A stretch of 63,525 bases of DNA, counting the filler, from Folioceros fuciformis (lineage: Eukaryota), in the NCBI GenBank assembly GCA_049999805.1. It is 6 parts of 6 records of this genome, joined end to end, with 100 filler letters (N's around TTAATTAATTAA, not from the genome) between each part and the next. Parts side by side here need not be neighbours in the genome. Positions count along the whole stretch, not along the records: positions 26,647 to 43,459 come from JBNGIO010005611.1; positions 43,560 to 52,889 come from JBNGIO010005612.1; 4 more parts are not named here. One strand, 5' to 3'. Below, one piece after another: positions 37,880 to 50,200 of this stretch. The translations under genes and the position numbers were made by a program. The notes under the pieces are model-generated. The model was given only the letters and a program-made list of their open reading frames with translations. It searched no databases and was not told the DNA's origin. Within the stretch, counting starts at the first letter, position 1; the number at the start of each line of letters is the position of its first letter.

Positions 37880-39079
37880 ATGGGTGACACTGTTTCATCA
37901 TCATCTATCCTTAGCACAGAAACTTTTAAAGACAAGGATAAATTTATAGGTAGCTCTGAAGAGGAGGTCCCCGTCAGCAGGAAACGGAAGGCAGGAGGAA
38001 GCAAGAAAACTCCTACGAAGAGGAAGAAGGCGGATGCGCGCGTCACAAGGTCTACAGCAAACCTGGGGCTGCAGGAGAAGGCCAAGAAAATAGAAACCAT
38101 GCAACAAGCCACCCCATCCGCGGAACCCAATGAAGAGGCACCGACGGCAGAGGAGGGGTCTGCTGATGTGGCTCCAAGAGTTTCGGAGAAATTAGGGCTG
38201 ACCCCGGCAGTGGAACTCTTGCCAGGATGGGACGAAGTTTTTAAGGGCACCCCTCTTGCGGCAAATGTGCAAACGAAAGACCTAGCTAGAGTGCGCACCC
38301 TGCTAGAGAAGGGAATATTGGACAGAGGGATGGCTATTGGTGGAACCCCTCAGCAAGTGGATTTACCAGGGTTGATAGCGGCCATGGTCCAAGCACAGGC
38401 GGACATGCTGGATCAGGCCGCACTAGCGCTCACTTTGCTGAGCATGTAGGGATAGCGAGATGAGGAGGCATAGGCCAAGCTGGCTGAAGCGGAGGCAGGG
38501 CGGAAACAGCTGGAGGAAGCCCAACAGGCCCTGGATGAAGTCAGAGCTCAAGTACAGGAAGAATTACATAGGGCTCGGGAAGAAGTGCGGGCCATGAAGA
38601 ACCAGCAAGACTTGCTCCTGACCCAAGTCAAGGAAGTGGATGAAGCAAATCTGGAAATGTAGCAGGAATTGCTGCGGGCACATGAGCAAGAGATAGCCAC
38701 TATGGAGAAGGTCCAAAATCTAGTAGACCGTTACAAACGAGAATTGGATGAGGACCAGAGCTAGGTCAAGAGGAAAGGGAAAGTCAAACGAAGCAGCAGG
38801 TCCACGACCGAGGTAGCGGAAGTTGCTACTGGTAGGGGAGAAACGATGCCAGTAGAGGGAAGCCCTACCACAGTCGAGGGAAGCCCTACCGAAGCAGCGA
38901 TAGTCATGGAACCAGCAACCGGGGTTGCTGAAACCCCTACCCGCACTAGGAGGACGAGATTGGAGATAGCTTCCGGCAGAGCGACAGGAGACTCCAACAT
39001 CCTTGGTGGACAGAGAGCAGACAATGAGGGGTAGCCCACGAGAGGAGGGGTAAACACCTCATCTGCAGTAGGAGGCTAG
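37880..39079 (+). pseudogene. Decayed coiled-coil ORF of about 400 codons, unknown function, probably a TE accessory gene
   Basis: One frame is kept throughout, with a basic NLS-like stretch (SRKRKAGGSKKTPTKRKK), an E/Q/A/L-rich coiled coil and six internal TAG stops. Confidence 0.5.
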
Positions 39080-40809
39080 ATTGTATTAAAGCACATGGAT
39101 GAGGAGTCTTATATTCCTAGTCTCTATGTAAATGGAGATCATGTACTTAACCTTACTATTCATGTGCATGTGGGAATAGGAGGGACCACGGCCTACCTTC
39201 TACAAGTGAGGACCCTCAATGGATGCTTCTCCTATTGTGTCTGGGTGTGGGGGTTAACCCCGTGTTATTCGGAGGCAGTCTTGAAGGAGCTCACGGAGGA
39301 AGAGGCACAGGCCTAGGTGGAGAAGGAACCTGTGATAGTCCTTAACAATAGGCGACCAGTGGGGGAAGAAAAGACTCCAAGGCAAACCCCACCTATGCCT
39401 AGCTAGGAGAGGTTAGTCAGTAATGGGAGCGAGGTGAAGATTTTATGGAAAGACCAGCCTGACCAATAGTAAGGAAGAAGAGCCCGGGGGTTTGGCGGCA
39501 GAGGGCCAGAAGGACGGATAGGAGGAGAGTGCAGCGCTAAAGTAGGCCAGAAGTTATTGCATCTTAAAAATAGAATTTAGATGAGATTTGATAAAGATGC
39601 TATCTTGGACCTGATGCCGCCTGTAATTAAGGCCACCCTGCAAGTTGACCGTTTTTAGACCAGACTTTATGGCAGGCTGTGGCTCCCACTCTAATAAATT
39701 TTTACAAAGAGGCATGTTGGTGCCTCTCTAATCAGACAATGTTGGAGACAACCACCCGGTTAAGATCCCCACGCTGCCAAGGTGGGTAGTGTGTGCAAGA
39801 AGCTTCTAGGAGTAGTCGAGAGCGTTGCTCCGTGGCTGGTGGTGAGGGGGACGAATCCGCAAGTTCTGCTGGCACGAGATAGGTTTTCCCCTCCCTTATT
39901 CCCTAAACTAATTGCCGTATTTCAAAATTTTGAGTGTGAAAGCGTGTGTGCGAAGATGATGGCTGAAGGAGTGAGTGAAGAGAATGTGTGTAAGGGATTG
40001 AGTTGAGAAGAGAAGAAGAGAAGGAGAGAAGAGTGGCCAAGTACTGAACGCGATGCGAGATGTGTCATGACTTAGAAAGTTTGTTAGAGTTTGGCATCTG
40101 TGTGAACTTGCTGTGTAGATCGTGGTTATGCAAGCTGTTTACTCAAGATAGATAAGTTTAAGGAAAGGATAAATTTCTTGCATTTGGACCAAAGACACAG
40201 TTGACGTGTGAAAATTTTGCACGAAGGAACAGTTGGACAGTGCGTGTTTTGGTGGTTAACTTTGTGTACGGTTGATAACGGTTTGGGAATGACCATCTAG
40301 GTGGTTGGTAACGGAATGTTGTGGGTATACAGCGAACGGGAGGGAATGATCAGACATTCTTTTGATAGTTTGCTTAGAAAGCTTGGTATAAGGATAATGC
40401 ACAAAGTGTCATACAAGCATCCAATTTAAAAGCTTATGGCGGACTGAACAATTGAATCAAAGGTTTGGCGTTACAACTTTGCGTTTGCATGAATTACTGC
40501 CTAGGAGAATGATGCAATGACGTGACGCAAAGCATAGTCAACTTGACATCTTAAAACTTGTTACTATCAAAAGAATTGAGTTCTTGAACATCAGAAGCTG
40601 AGCATGTGTAGGAATTTCTCATGTTTCAGGAGAAAAGTGTTTTGTTTGTGAAAGGGTTAGCTAGGTGAGAGTGTTGCGGCGCTGCTGCAAAGTGTTGTTT
40701 AGTTTCAGTTTATATGATCGAATGAGTAGTCATATTGAAGTTTGAAGGGTGCTTGGAAGGTTTGTAAACGTGGTTGTGGTGAAGGGCTAGGCATTGAGCA
40801 GACTAGAGG

Positions 40810-43016
40810 TGTAGGGTTATTAAAGCCCAATGTGCTTAGACTAATGTGTTTAGTCTAAGATTAGTGTCTAGTTAAGTACTATTAGTTTAGATTAGCATAA
40901 GCTAATATGTAGGAAGCTTCTTGCGCAGCTTCATGTGCGCTTCTTGTGAAGCTTCCTAGGGAGCTCTTCTAGAGGGTATGAATACCCCCTTGAGCTCCCT
41001 TGCATATAGAGACTCTATGTGAGAGTGTGACCTCTTTTTCTCCTCCTCCTTGCCTCTCCTCCTCTCCTCCTTCACCATGTAGCTCCTTCTAACGATCCTA
41101 CAAGTGGTATCAAAGCGCAGGTTGTGGAGCTTGGATTGTGGAGCAAGGATGATGGCTCTCGTTGTTACGGACAAAGTGCACAAAGCAACTTTGGAGTGAG
41201 CCCGGGGTGCAAGGGTCTCAACGCGGAGCGGGAGCCGAAGCCAGGGACCCGGACACAAACGCGGTGGGCACAAGGGCACCAGCCCCGCGCGGGCGTAGGC
41301 GCCAGGCCCGGCCGCAGGGTGCGGCCAGGTCGTGCAAGCCGTGCTCTGAACGCAAGGGATGATCACGCCCCGACCGCGGGGTGAGCAGGCCCCGACCACG
41401 GGGTGAGCAGGCCCGGGTGCGGGGTGAGGGCAGGCAACCTTCCCTCGGCCTCCGAGGCCGCAGGAAACGGCCAGCCCGCCGGGGCGGCGGCCTTGGTCAG
41501 GGCTCGGCCAACCCAGCCGAGCGACACACCCACAAGGGGAGCCTGACCCCGTGGGGCGCCGGGGCTCTAGCCCGGCCTGCGAGGGTCGCCTAACCCCAGG
41601 GGCCAAGGCCAGGCCCAGCTCGCAGGGGCCGCCTGACCTGAGTGCCCCGCTGCAGGGGCGCCAGGCACGCGAGGTGCGGGCACGCGGGCGGCTAGCCCCC
41701 CACGTGCGGAGGGCCTCAGGCCCCTCCCATTTGAACGTGGGGACGTCGGCCCAACCGCCAGTTCCAGAGCCGGATGGCGTGGCACCAGTCCTGGCCAGCA
41801 AAGGCAGCGGTGCCAATTGCGGCCGGCGCAAGCCATTCCCGCAGACGGGCGAGGCTACGAAGCTGAATTGCGGGCAATCGTCGCATGTGGGAGTCGCTAA
41901 TGCCTGGCACTGGATTGCAAGTGCCGGAGCACCGACGTTGAGGGCGAAGATGGGAGCTAGTTGGGATCCCGGCCACAAGGTGGAATCGGAGCTCAACGGA
42001 GGATTTAGGCTTGACGTGTCATCCTAAATTGTGGACATACGAATCGGAATGAGGGTAACAAAATCTACATGACATTTCAACAATTTCTAACTAGCATTTT
42101 GCTTGATTTGCATCGATTTTGAAACATGGCGTCCTCAGAAAATGTCATGTTCAATATCGAGAAGTTAGATGGTACTAACTTTCCGTTCCGGAAAGAACAA
42201 GTGTATAATATTCTAGTACAGAAGAAGCAGATCAAGCCGATAAAGTTGCTAGGAGTGAAACCCGTGAGCATGACTCAGGATGAGTGGCAGGACCTAAATG
42301 AGCTTGCTAGGTCTACCATCATGGTAACATTATCGAAGTCGGTCTACTTCAACGTGAAAGACAAGACCACAAGCTACGAGCTATGGAAGAAGTTGTGTGA
42401 CCTATACGAGAAGCAAAGTGTGGCTTCTCAGGTGTATTGGTTAAAACAGCTGGTGGACTTGAAGATGAAGGAAGGGACGAGGATGTCCGATCATCTGAAT
42501 GAGTTCAATACCATTTTCAGCCAGCTCTCATCTCAAGGTATCTCGTTCCCAGATTCCGTGAGAGCTATGTTTCTGTTGGTCACATTACCAGAGAACTGGG
42601 ACACCTTTCGTACAGCTTTGAGTAATTCCACTCCTGCCAATGGTCTTACCGTTGTAAATGTAGAAGGTAACCTGTTAACAGAGGAGGTAAACAAGAAGAT
42701 TATGGAACCTTCGAAAGGTTCCAATGCCCTCATGGTGAGAGGAAGGTCCACTTCAAAGGGGAAGTACAAGGAGCGAAGTCGTTCCCGTAGTAAGTCTCGT
42801 AGTCGTAACAATGTTGAGTGTTACCATTGTCACAAGAAGGGTCACATCAGAAGGGACTGCGAGAAGTTCAAGAAGGACAAAGGCAAGGAGAAGAAGTAGA
42901 GCGACAACAAGGAAAGTCCGACTGTCAAGCGTGACGAGGTGAACTCTATTGATGATGGAGATGTTCTTACCTCTTCTTCCTTCGATTCTGCACAACTGAC
43001 AGCCGTGGAGAGTCAC
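40810..43016 (+). mobile_element. 5' part of a Ty1/copia element (LTR, PBS, GC-rich leader, gag), interrupted by a gypsy LTR
   Basis: LTR TGTAGG..CCTACA (about 40810-41102), PBS TGGTATCAAAGC at 41105, gag ORF 42126-42899 (IEKLDGTNF, LWKKLCDLYEK, LKMKEG, CYHCHKKGHIRRDC), Tnt1-like. Confidence 0.9.
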
Positions 43017-43459
43017 TGTGGAGTGGAACTTGCACCCAAGAACCACCAAGGGCCACACTTCCCCCTTATTATCGTCGTAGTACTAGGATTCGCTCCCAAG
43101 GGAGTGAACTAGTGTCAAGGTCCCCCACAATCTCGCCCACACTGCCCAGATCTAATCCTATCTATCAGCCGGCTCATAGACCTAACCACCCTACAGCAAA
43201 AAGACCAGAACCTTGTCTTCAACACCAACCACAACCCTGGTTCAATGAGGACTCAGCATCATCTTCACCTCCCACTTCTTGCTCCGGGTTTTAGCCGCCT
43301 CAGCAGTTGGGAGGAGGCCCTAGCCCTGGCCTCGACCTCCACTCTCAGCCCTAAGTGCCAGCCACCTCAACAATTGATTGAGAACTTTAGCACCTAAGCT
43401 CCTCACCTCAGCGCACCCACTCCAAACTCCAGCGCCTCAAGTCTCTACTCCAGCACTTG
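43017..43459 (-). mobile_element. Partial gypsy LTR, same family as 56493-56938
   Basis: TGTGGAGT..CACCCAAGAACCACCAAGGG(G)CCACACTTCCCC..GATTCGCTCCCAAGGGAGTGAACTA is shared by both. Confidence 0.85.
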
Positions 43460-43559
43460 NNNNNNNNNNNNNNNNNNNNNNNNNNNNNNNNNNNNNNNNN
43501 NNNTTAATTAATTAANNNNNNNNNNNNNNNNNNNNNNNNNNNNNNNNNNNNNNNNNNNN
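43460..43559. other. Artificial assembly linker
   Basis: N44-TTAATTAATTAA-N44. Confidence 0.97.
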
Positions 43560-43949
43560 CTCCCTTCCTCCCTTCTCCCACAATCCTCTTCCCGGCCTGT
43601 TTTCCCCCTTCCTTCTTAATCTCTTTGTCCCATCCCTCCCTTGGATGCAAGTTGTAGGCAAAAGGATCCATCCCCGTGAGTTGGGATTGAATGTGCTGCA
43701 AGAGTGGTCTGAGCCGGGAAGTAGGGAGTGGCACACCGTCCAGGGGAGCAGGCCGCAGACTTGAAGGGATCCACTCACCGCCATGATGTAGGAAGGCAAC
43801 CGCTGCAGGATTTGGCTAGGCTGATGGGATTGGGGTGCGCACCACGGATTTCAGTAGCCCAAGCTGTTGATGAGCTGGACGCGTTGTAGGCTGTAGGCTA
43901 GGGGAAGTGCGCCGCAGAGATCTTTAGGCCGGATTATAGAAGATCGGGA

Positions 43950-46900
43950 TGTCCTGCCCTAGCGATTCCAGCCTCCTGTCTGCCCGCCGACATCGTCTCC
44001 ATCCCCACTGCTGTCCCGCTCCCCGCTACCACATCCCCGCTGCCATTCCGCCCTACTCTCGGTTGTTGTCCTGCTTTCATGTCGCCGACCACCCAACCGT
44101 AGTTGCCTCTTTGTGCAACTATTGTGGCAGTCTTGAACATGAGTCCAAGTTGCAAATGCCCCCCGGAGGGCTTATACTGTACACATTGCAAGAAGAACGG
44201 GCATGCAATTATAGTATGTTCTCAGAATCACCCGGAGAGGAGGTATCGCAAAAGTGTAGGTAATGGGATAGGAACTACAACAATCGAGGTAGGGAGTATC
44301 GTTGTTACAGAAGCTGGTGCCAGCGCAGGGGTTTCACGCAGTCGTCAGCAAAGGGACAAAGCCAAAGCTAAGGCTGCATTTAATGTAGATAAGGTGACTT
44401 CGCTGGAAGCCACTGTTGCAACATTGTCTTCACAACTGGGCGCTCTTACAACTAGTCTCAGCAATGGAGCAAACTCACCCAAGCCGGCCAGTCTTGTTGA
44501 ATTGGTCAAAGATGAGGGGAGGATTACGACTGGCTCACCACATTAGGTCTGCATTGTCAACCGGATGGAGGTTAAGGTCATGGCAACTACAGAGCTTCCA
44601 CAGACTTGGGTAGGACAACAGCTGTCCACTCTAGTGCTGGAGACAACAGTGGGACCAATCACTCAGCAGAGAGGTGCTAGGGCAGTCATGGCCCAATCGT
44701 TTGCACCATTGTTGCCAGGGAGTGCCATTCCAGTCCAAGGGGAGGAGCACTCCACCTTGGCAGGAGGGCCACAGCCAATGGAAAGGCCTTCACTGCAGCC
44801 ACGGGTGGCAGCTAGTGGGCCTATCTACTTGATGCCTAGGGCTTTCACTGCGGAACATCTGTCCGAGAGGTTAGCGAGCATTCCGCTGTTCTCATTGCAA
44901 GATGTAGGGTTGGGACCCGAGCATCTGCCCCAGGCATTGCAACCAATGCTGGCAACTACATTGTCTCTAGTGTTGTCTCATTAGCCACTAGCTTAGGAAG
45001 AGTGGGTGGTGCCTGGTAGCACCTCACATTGCACCAAGGGAACAATACCAGCAGACATGCTTGATGTTGCAGTAGCTAGAGGATAGCCTATTCGACCCAT
45101 GAGCTCTCCAAGGATGCAGCCTACTAGCCGCTTGGCAATCAGAGTCGGCAATGCACTTGTTGTTAATGATGCGGGGCACATCACGATGAATGGGTATGCT
45201 CCGAGAGTGGTACTGCTGGACACTGGTGCCCAACTAGTGATTATTGGCAAAGCCTTAGCAGTTAGGCTCAAGCTCAGTGGATCAGCGCTCAAGAGCTCTC
45301 CTTGGAACATAAGGACGGCATCAAGAGCCATCAAACTAGTCTCTTGAGAGATTGTCCACCTATGGACATCATGCTCAAGCTTGGCACTCCAGATGCAATG
45401 ATACTGAGCCTTCCATGCTTGGTGACAACAGCCACAAATTATGACGTGCTGTTGGGTCAAGAATTTTTGTTTCCACCGAGCTTGAGTGTGGACAACTGGA
45501 CGAAGCAAGCGTACTATCGGCCAGACTGGAAGCAAGGTGGAAGGAGGGTGCACACTTACCCTTACGGCTGTATGGCATGGTTGAGGCTGACACCGCCACA
45601 CTTCCGGAATGGCAAGTATGTGCTGTAGGCCTAGTTAGCGAAGCAATTCTGCTGGCCAGCGACCATATGCATGATGACGATCACGTGGAGTTTGAGCAAG
45701 AGGAGCAGCACTATGACAACTATTCTAGCGACACCACAGTCACCTGCAGGCTGGCGGAGCTGATCAAGGCTGCCGATCACCCTACACAGGTTCAGAGCGT
45801 GCTGCAGGATGCTCATGAGTAGGTGCAAGCTATGTTACAGCGAGGGCTCAAGGATCCCACACAGGAGCATATTGTTAGTGCTCAAGTGATTGCCTGGCCC
45901 ATCCCAAGTGCAGGCCTCTTTCTAGTCGAACTGTTTGGAGGTATTTGCACTGGCCTGGAGGCCCTGCTCAAATCAGGCCTCCCCATTTGGCATTATGTAT
46001 AGTACGATAGCAGAGGGGAAGCACAGCAGATGGTTGCTCATCATTTACAGGAGTGCAGCAAGTTTCCCACACAACTGCCAGAGTCAACATTGGCTGCCAC
46101 ATTCATAGCATTGCCTCCAAAGGTCATGTACATCCAACAAGGCCATATCCAGGCTTTGGGACCCATCGACATGCTGATGGTTGGTTGGGAATGCCAAGGG
46201 TTCTTGCAAGCAGGCACGGGAGCCGGGTTGGAGGACCAGCGCATTGGGCTATTTGAGACTTGCACCAAATCTTGGCATGGGTGCAGCAGGAGAACCCACG
46301 GTGTTGCTACCTTCTCGAGAACACCCCAGCGCAGCTTGACAAAAAGGACTCTGTCCGTTGTGCAGCACCATGTTGGTGTTCCCTTTCTTATGGATGCTGC
46401 CCAAGTGGGCAGCAATGCGCATAGGCTGTGCAACTATTGGACCAACCTCATCCCTAGTTCAGTCTTGGAGGTTGCTTTTTGCAACACGAAGCGAGATCCC
46501 ACCTTGCAGCTACAAGATGTATTGGATGCAGACGATGAGCCCAAACACGTGGTTGCTATTGAGTGACCACGTTGGCATCCCACCAATACACCAAGACCTT
46601 GCCCACCCTGGTGAGCTTTCCAGGCTCCTTTGCCTATCGCGGCAACGGATTTCTATACAACACCAGCACCAAGCAATGGGAAGAGCCCTGCATTGAGGAG
46701 CACGAGCAGATCATGGGCTTTCCAGCTCATGCCACAGCAGCACCCAAGGCCACAGTCTCACAACGCTGTGCTGCTGTTGGTCGAGGTATGGACCTACATG
46801 CCATCACCTGCCTGGTTAGCCTGTGTTTGGCGTTTCAACTACTGACCAGAGGCACTGTCGCTGGTTTTGTTGCTATGGCCTATTCAGAAGATGTCGTGCA

Positions 46901-47215
46901 CCTGCCATTCCCTGGCTTCACTTGCCTACATTTCAAGCTCGATGTAGGGGGGGGGGGAAGTATGTCGCTTGGCACCATTCTACTTTTTTTGCCTCGACTT
47001 CCAAGGTACACTTGAGCCAGGAGTCATCAGCCAAGGTGCCAGTCACTACTGGAACATTCAACTGGCGCATGGGGCCATAGCTTACATATGAGCAGTAAAG
47101 GCAGATCCGAGCGCTGATCTTCAAATACAGCAACTGCTTTGCGTTCTCCATGAAGGAGCTCGAGCGATGCAACGTCACAACCTTCAAGAACAACCTTACC
47201 AGCTCAAAACCCATA
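43950..47215 (+). mobile_element. Degenerate relative of the DNMT-carrying Ty3/gypsy element (gag knuckles, protease, methyltransferase, pre-RT region)
   Basis: CNYCGSLEH and CTHCKKNGHAIIVC knuckles, GYAPRVVLLDTGAQ, LVELFGGICTGLEAL, MVGWECQGF, AHRLCNYWTNL, TLVSFPGSFAYRG, VGRGMDLHAI, CFAFSMKELERCNVTTF. Collinear with 58014-63518; many stops; cut by a copia LTR at 47216. Confidence 0.92.
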
Positions 47216-50200
47216 TGTTAGATTTCCTAGAGCTGAGAGCGAGAGAGAAGTTGTATATTCAGCAAAAGATAAATTGACTAAGTGACTGTTCATATTAGGG
47301 CTAGTTGAATTGATAAATATATAAGCCGTAGTGACGTGGTTACCTATACCTAGGTGGGTATCTCAACACACCCCCTTAACCACGACACGGTAACTACGAC
47401 CACTTGAAAAATGACAAGCTCGTTTCACTTGGCGCTCTCCATCTGTGCACTCAGAATCGCCATGTTCCTCCTCACAAAGCATGTGCAGAAGGAACTGCAG
47501 AGATGGACCCGCAAACTGCAGGCAAGGAAAACGACCGACGCCCACTGGAGAAACTACGACACAAAGAAAGAGGTCACTCTGGCTGGATGAAAAGTCCAGC
47601 TCGCGCTGTCCTTAACCATCAGCCCACTAGCAAAAATTGCAGCGCTGGCAAGGGCGAAGAGAAGATGAGCCCAGCTGGCGGACATATTGGCAACAGTAGC
47701 AAGAGTCCCGTTACCAGAGTAGCAGCAGGAATCGCGATTAGAAGCTGAAGGTGATGGTTCATCCGTGAGTACTTGTTGCGCATAATTGCAGCAAAACCTG
47801 AGATGCCTAGCGCTATGATGGAAGAATGCTAAGATAGTATGTGAGTCCCATTTCCTCAAGGAAGAAGCTGTGCTTAGATTTGGGCAGCGCCTTGGTAAGC
47901 AGATTAGCTAGGTTCAGATCTGTGGGTATGTACTCTATCTTGACAATCTTCCTTTCTACTGAATGACGCACAAAGTGGTGCTGGATTTCTATGTGTTTCG
48001 TGCGTGCGTGGAAACGAGGGTTGCCCACCAGAGCTATTGTGGATTGATTGTCGCAAAAGACTGTGGTAGGATTGGCCTATGGAAACATAAGGCATGCCAA
48101 GAAACTCCGTGCCCACTCTGCCTCCTTGGCAGAGTCTATGTGTGCCTTGTATTCGGCCTCAGTTGAAGAGAGGGCCACGGATACCTGCTTCATAGTGCTC
48201 AAGTTCACGACTGCACCAGAAAGAGAGAAGCAATAAGCAGACAGGCTTCGACGTGTCTCAGGGTCCGATGCCCAATCTGCATCGGCATACCCTTGTAGGA
48301 TAAAGTCTGTATCAGGTGAGGCATCATGATAGCAAAGTCCATAAGTAGATGTACCCTTTAGATATCGTAGCACTCGCTTAACTGCTCCCCAGTGATCTTT
48401 GCCAGGCTTCTCGAGAAATTGGGAAACGTGGCTCACAGCATGCTGGATATCTGGTCTAGTCTAGCAGGCTATATAATTTAGGCAGCCCACGGCGTGCCAA
48501 TATGGAATATCAGCCATGTCTTAAAGCTCTTCATCAGTCTGTGGGGACTGCTGCGAGGTAAGCCTAGAACCCACATACGTAAGTCTATGGCCTCATATGG
48601 CCTTTGATGCCATTCATCCCTAGGGTTTCTAGTTCTGCTAGGATATCTACTCTCCTCAGGAGCAGGGACAGGTGGCTCTTCAACCAATGCCGTTGGTGCA
48701 ACAGGATCAGGAGCCTCCTGTTCATCGTCATCATCGGAAGATGCAGCTATGTCAAGAATATCATGTAAGTCTTTAGCTACGGGAAAATGCTCTAAACCAT
48801 CAGCATCGACGTGCTCATCATGTGCTGCAAGAGGTTCAAGCTCATCATCTGACAGCGTATCTATCTGGTCTTGCAAAATAGGCTGTGTAGGTTGGACAGC
48901 AGTTATAGACTGTTGAGCAGCAGGAACAAGCTAGGATGCAAATGATGGGAATCCACCCCTTGAACCACTTGCGGCTAGAGAAGCACCCCTTGAAGACGGA
49001 AACATGAAGATATCTTGAGGATACTTCGAGACAGCAGTGTCAAAATCATCTTCAGGAAACTCAGGAATAGCAGAAGCAGCAGCAAAATGTGAATCTGCTG
49101 GTTGAGTGAGCTCTTTGAAAGTGACGTTGTGAGCAAATATGCAAGACCGAGAGGTAGGGTCATACAATTTATAAGCCTTGGTCTCTTCGCCATAGCCAAT
49201 GAAAATGAGGGGCTTGGCCTGAGCGTCTGACTTCTTGCGTTGTTCTGCAGGGATATAGGTTGGTATAGATATACATAGGTTGGCGAGCCAAAAACACGCA
49301 AATGAAGAAGACTTGGACGTCGCTGCCAGACAACCTCGAAAGGAGTCCGCCCCTCGACAGAACTGGTGCGAAGGTGATTGAGAATATAGGTGGCAGTGAC
49401 AACTGCCTCAGCCCAGTAAGCCTTGTGCAAACCGGACCATTGAAGAATGCTGCGAGTCATCCCTAACAAAGTTTGATTCCTTCTCTCAGCAACACCATTT
49501 TGCTGCTGGGTGTAGGGAACAGCAAGTTGGCGCAAGATATCGTGATCTGCTAGATACTGGTCGAAAGCATGGTTGATGAACTCCGTACTGTTGTCAGATC
49601 TCAAACAGCGAAGAAGTCGACCAGTCTGCCGTTGCACAATGGTAAGCCACTCTTGAAAGACTGGAAAGGTATCTGATTTCGTCCTTATAGGGTAGGTCCA
49701 ACAATACCTACTATAGTCATCGATGAGAGTAAGATAATAGTTGGACCTGCCAAGAGAAGAAACATGGATCTTACCAGATATATCTGTATGCACTAGATCG
49801 TGAACATTCGATGTTCTGTGGGCAACAACAGACGGGAAAGGAAGCTCTTTTTGTTTGGCAAGGACGCAAGAATCACATAAGGGAAGATCTTTAAAGCACT
49901 TGGGCAAAGGCTCTCTGTAACATTTCGTGCTGGACATCTTAATAAGCTTATTCTTATTAGCATGTCCCAAACAAGCGTGCCAAAGCTATGCTAGTGCTGA
50001 CTGTGTTTTGGCAGCCACAAAAGCACTCTGAGCAGATTTGCAACATAAGTCCAATTGATATAAGTCATCGACCAAGAGCCCTCAAGCAACAGGATCACGG
50101 GCACCCTTATATTTGAGAGTGCAACCCTCAGCTGCAAATAGAAGATCAAATTGTCGAAGTTTCATCAACTGACTAACCAAGAGAAGATGCTTGGCCATCG

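Noticed and set aside
40956-42027. 346-aa minus-strand ORF and overlapping ORFs
   Set aside because: They lie in the very GC-rich leader of a copia element, where stops are rare by composition; no domain motifs.
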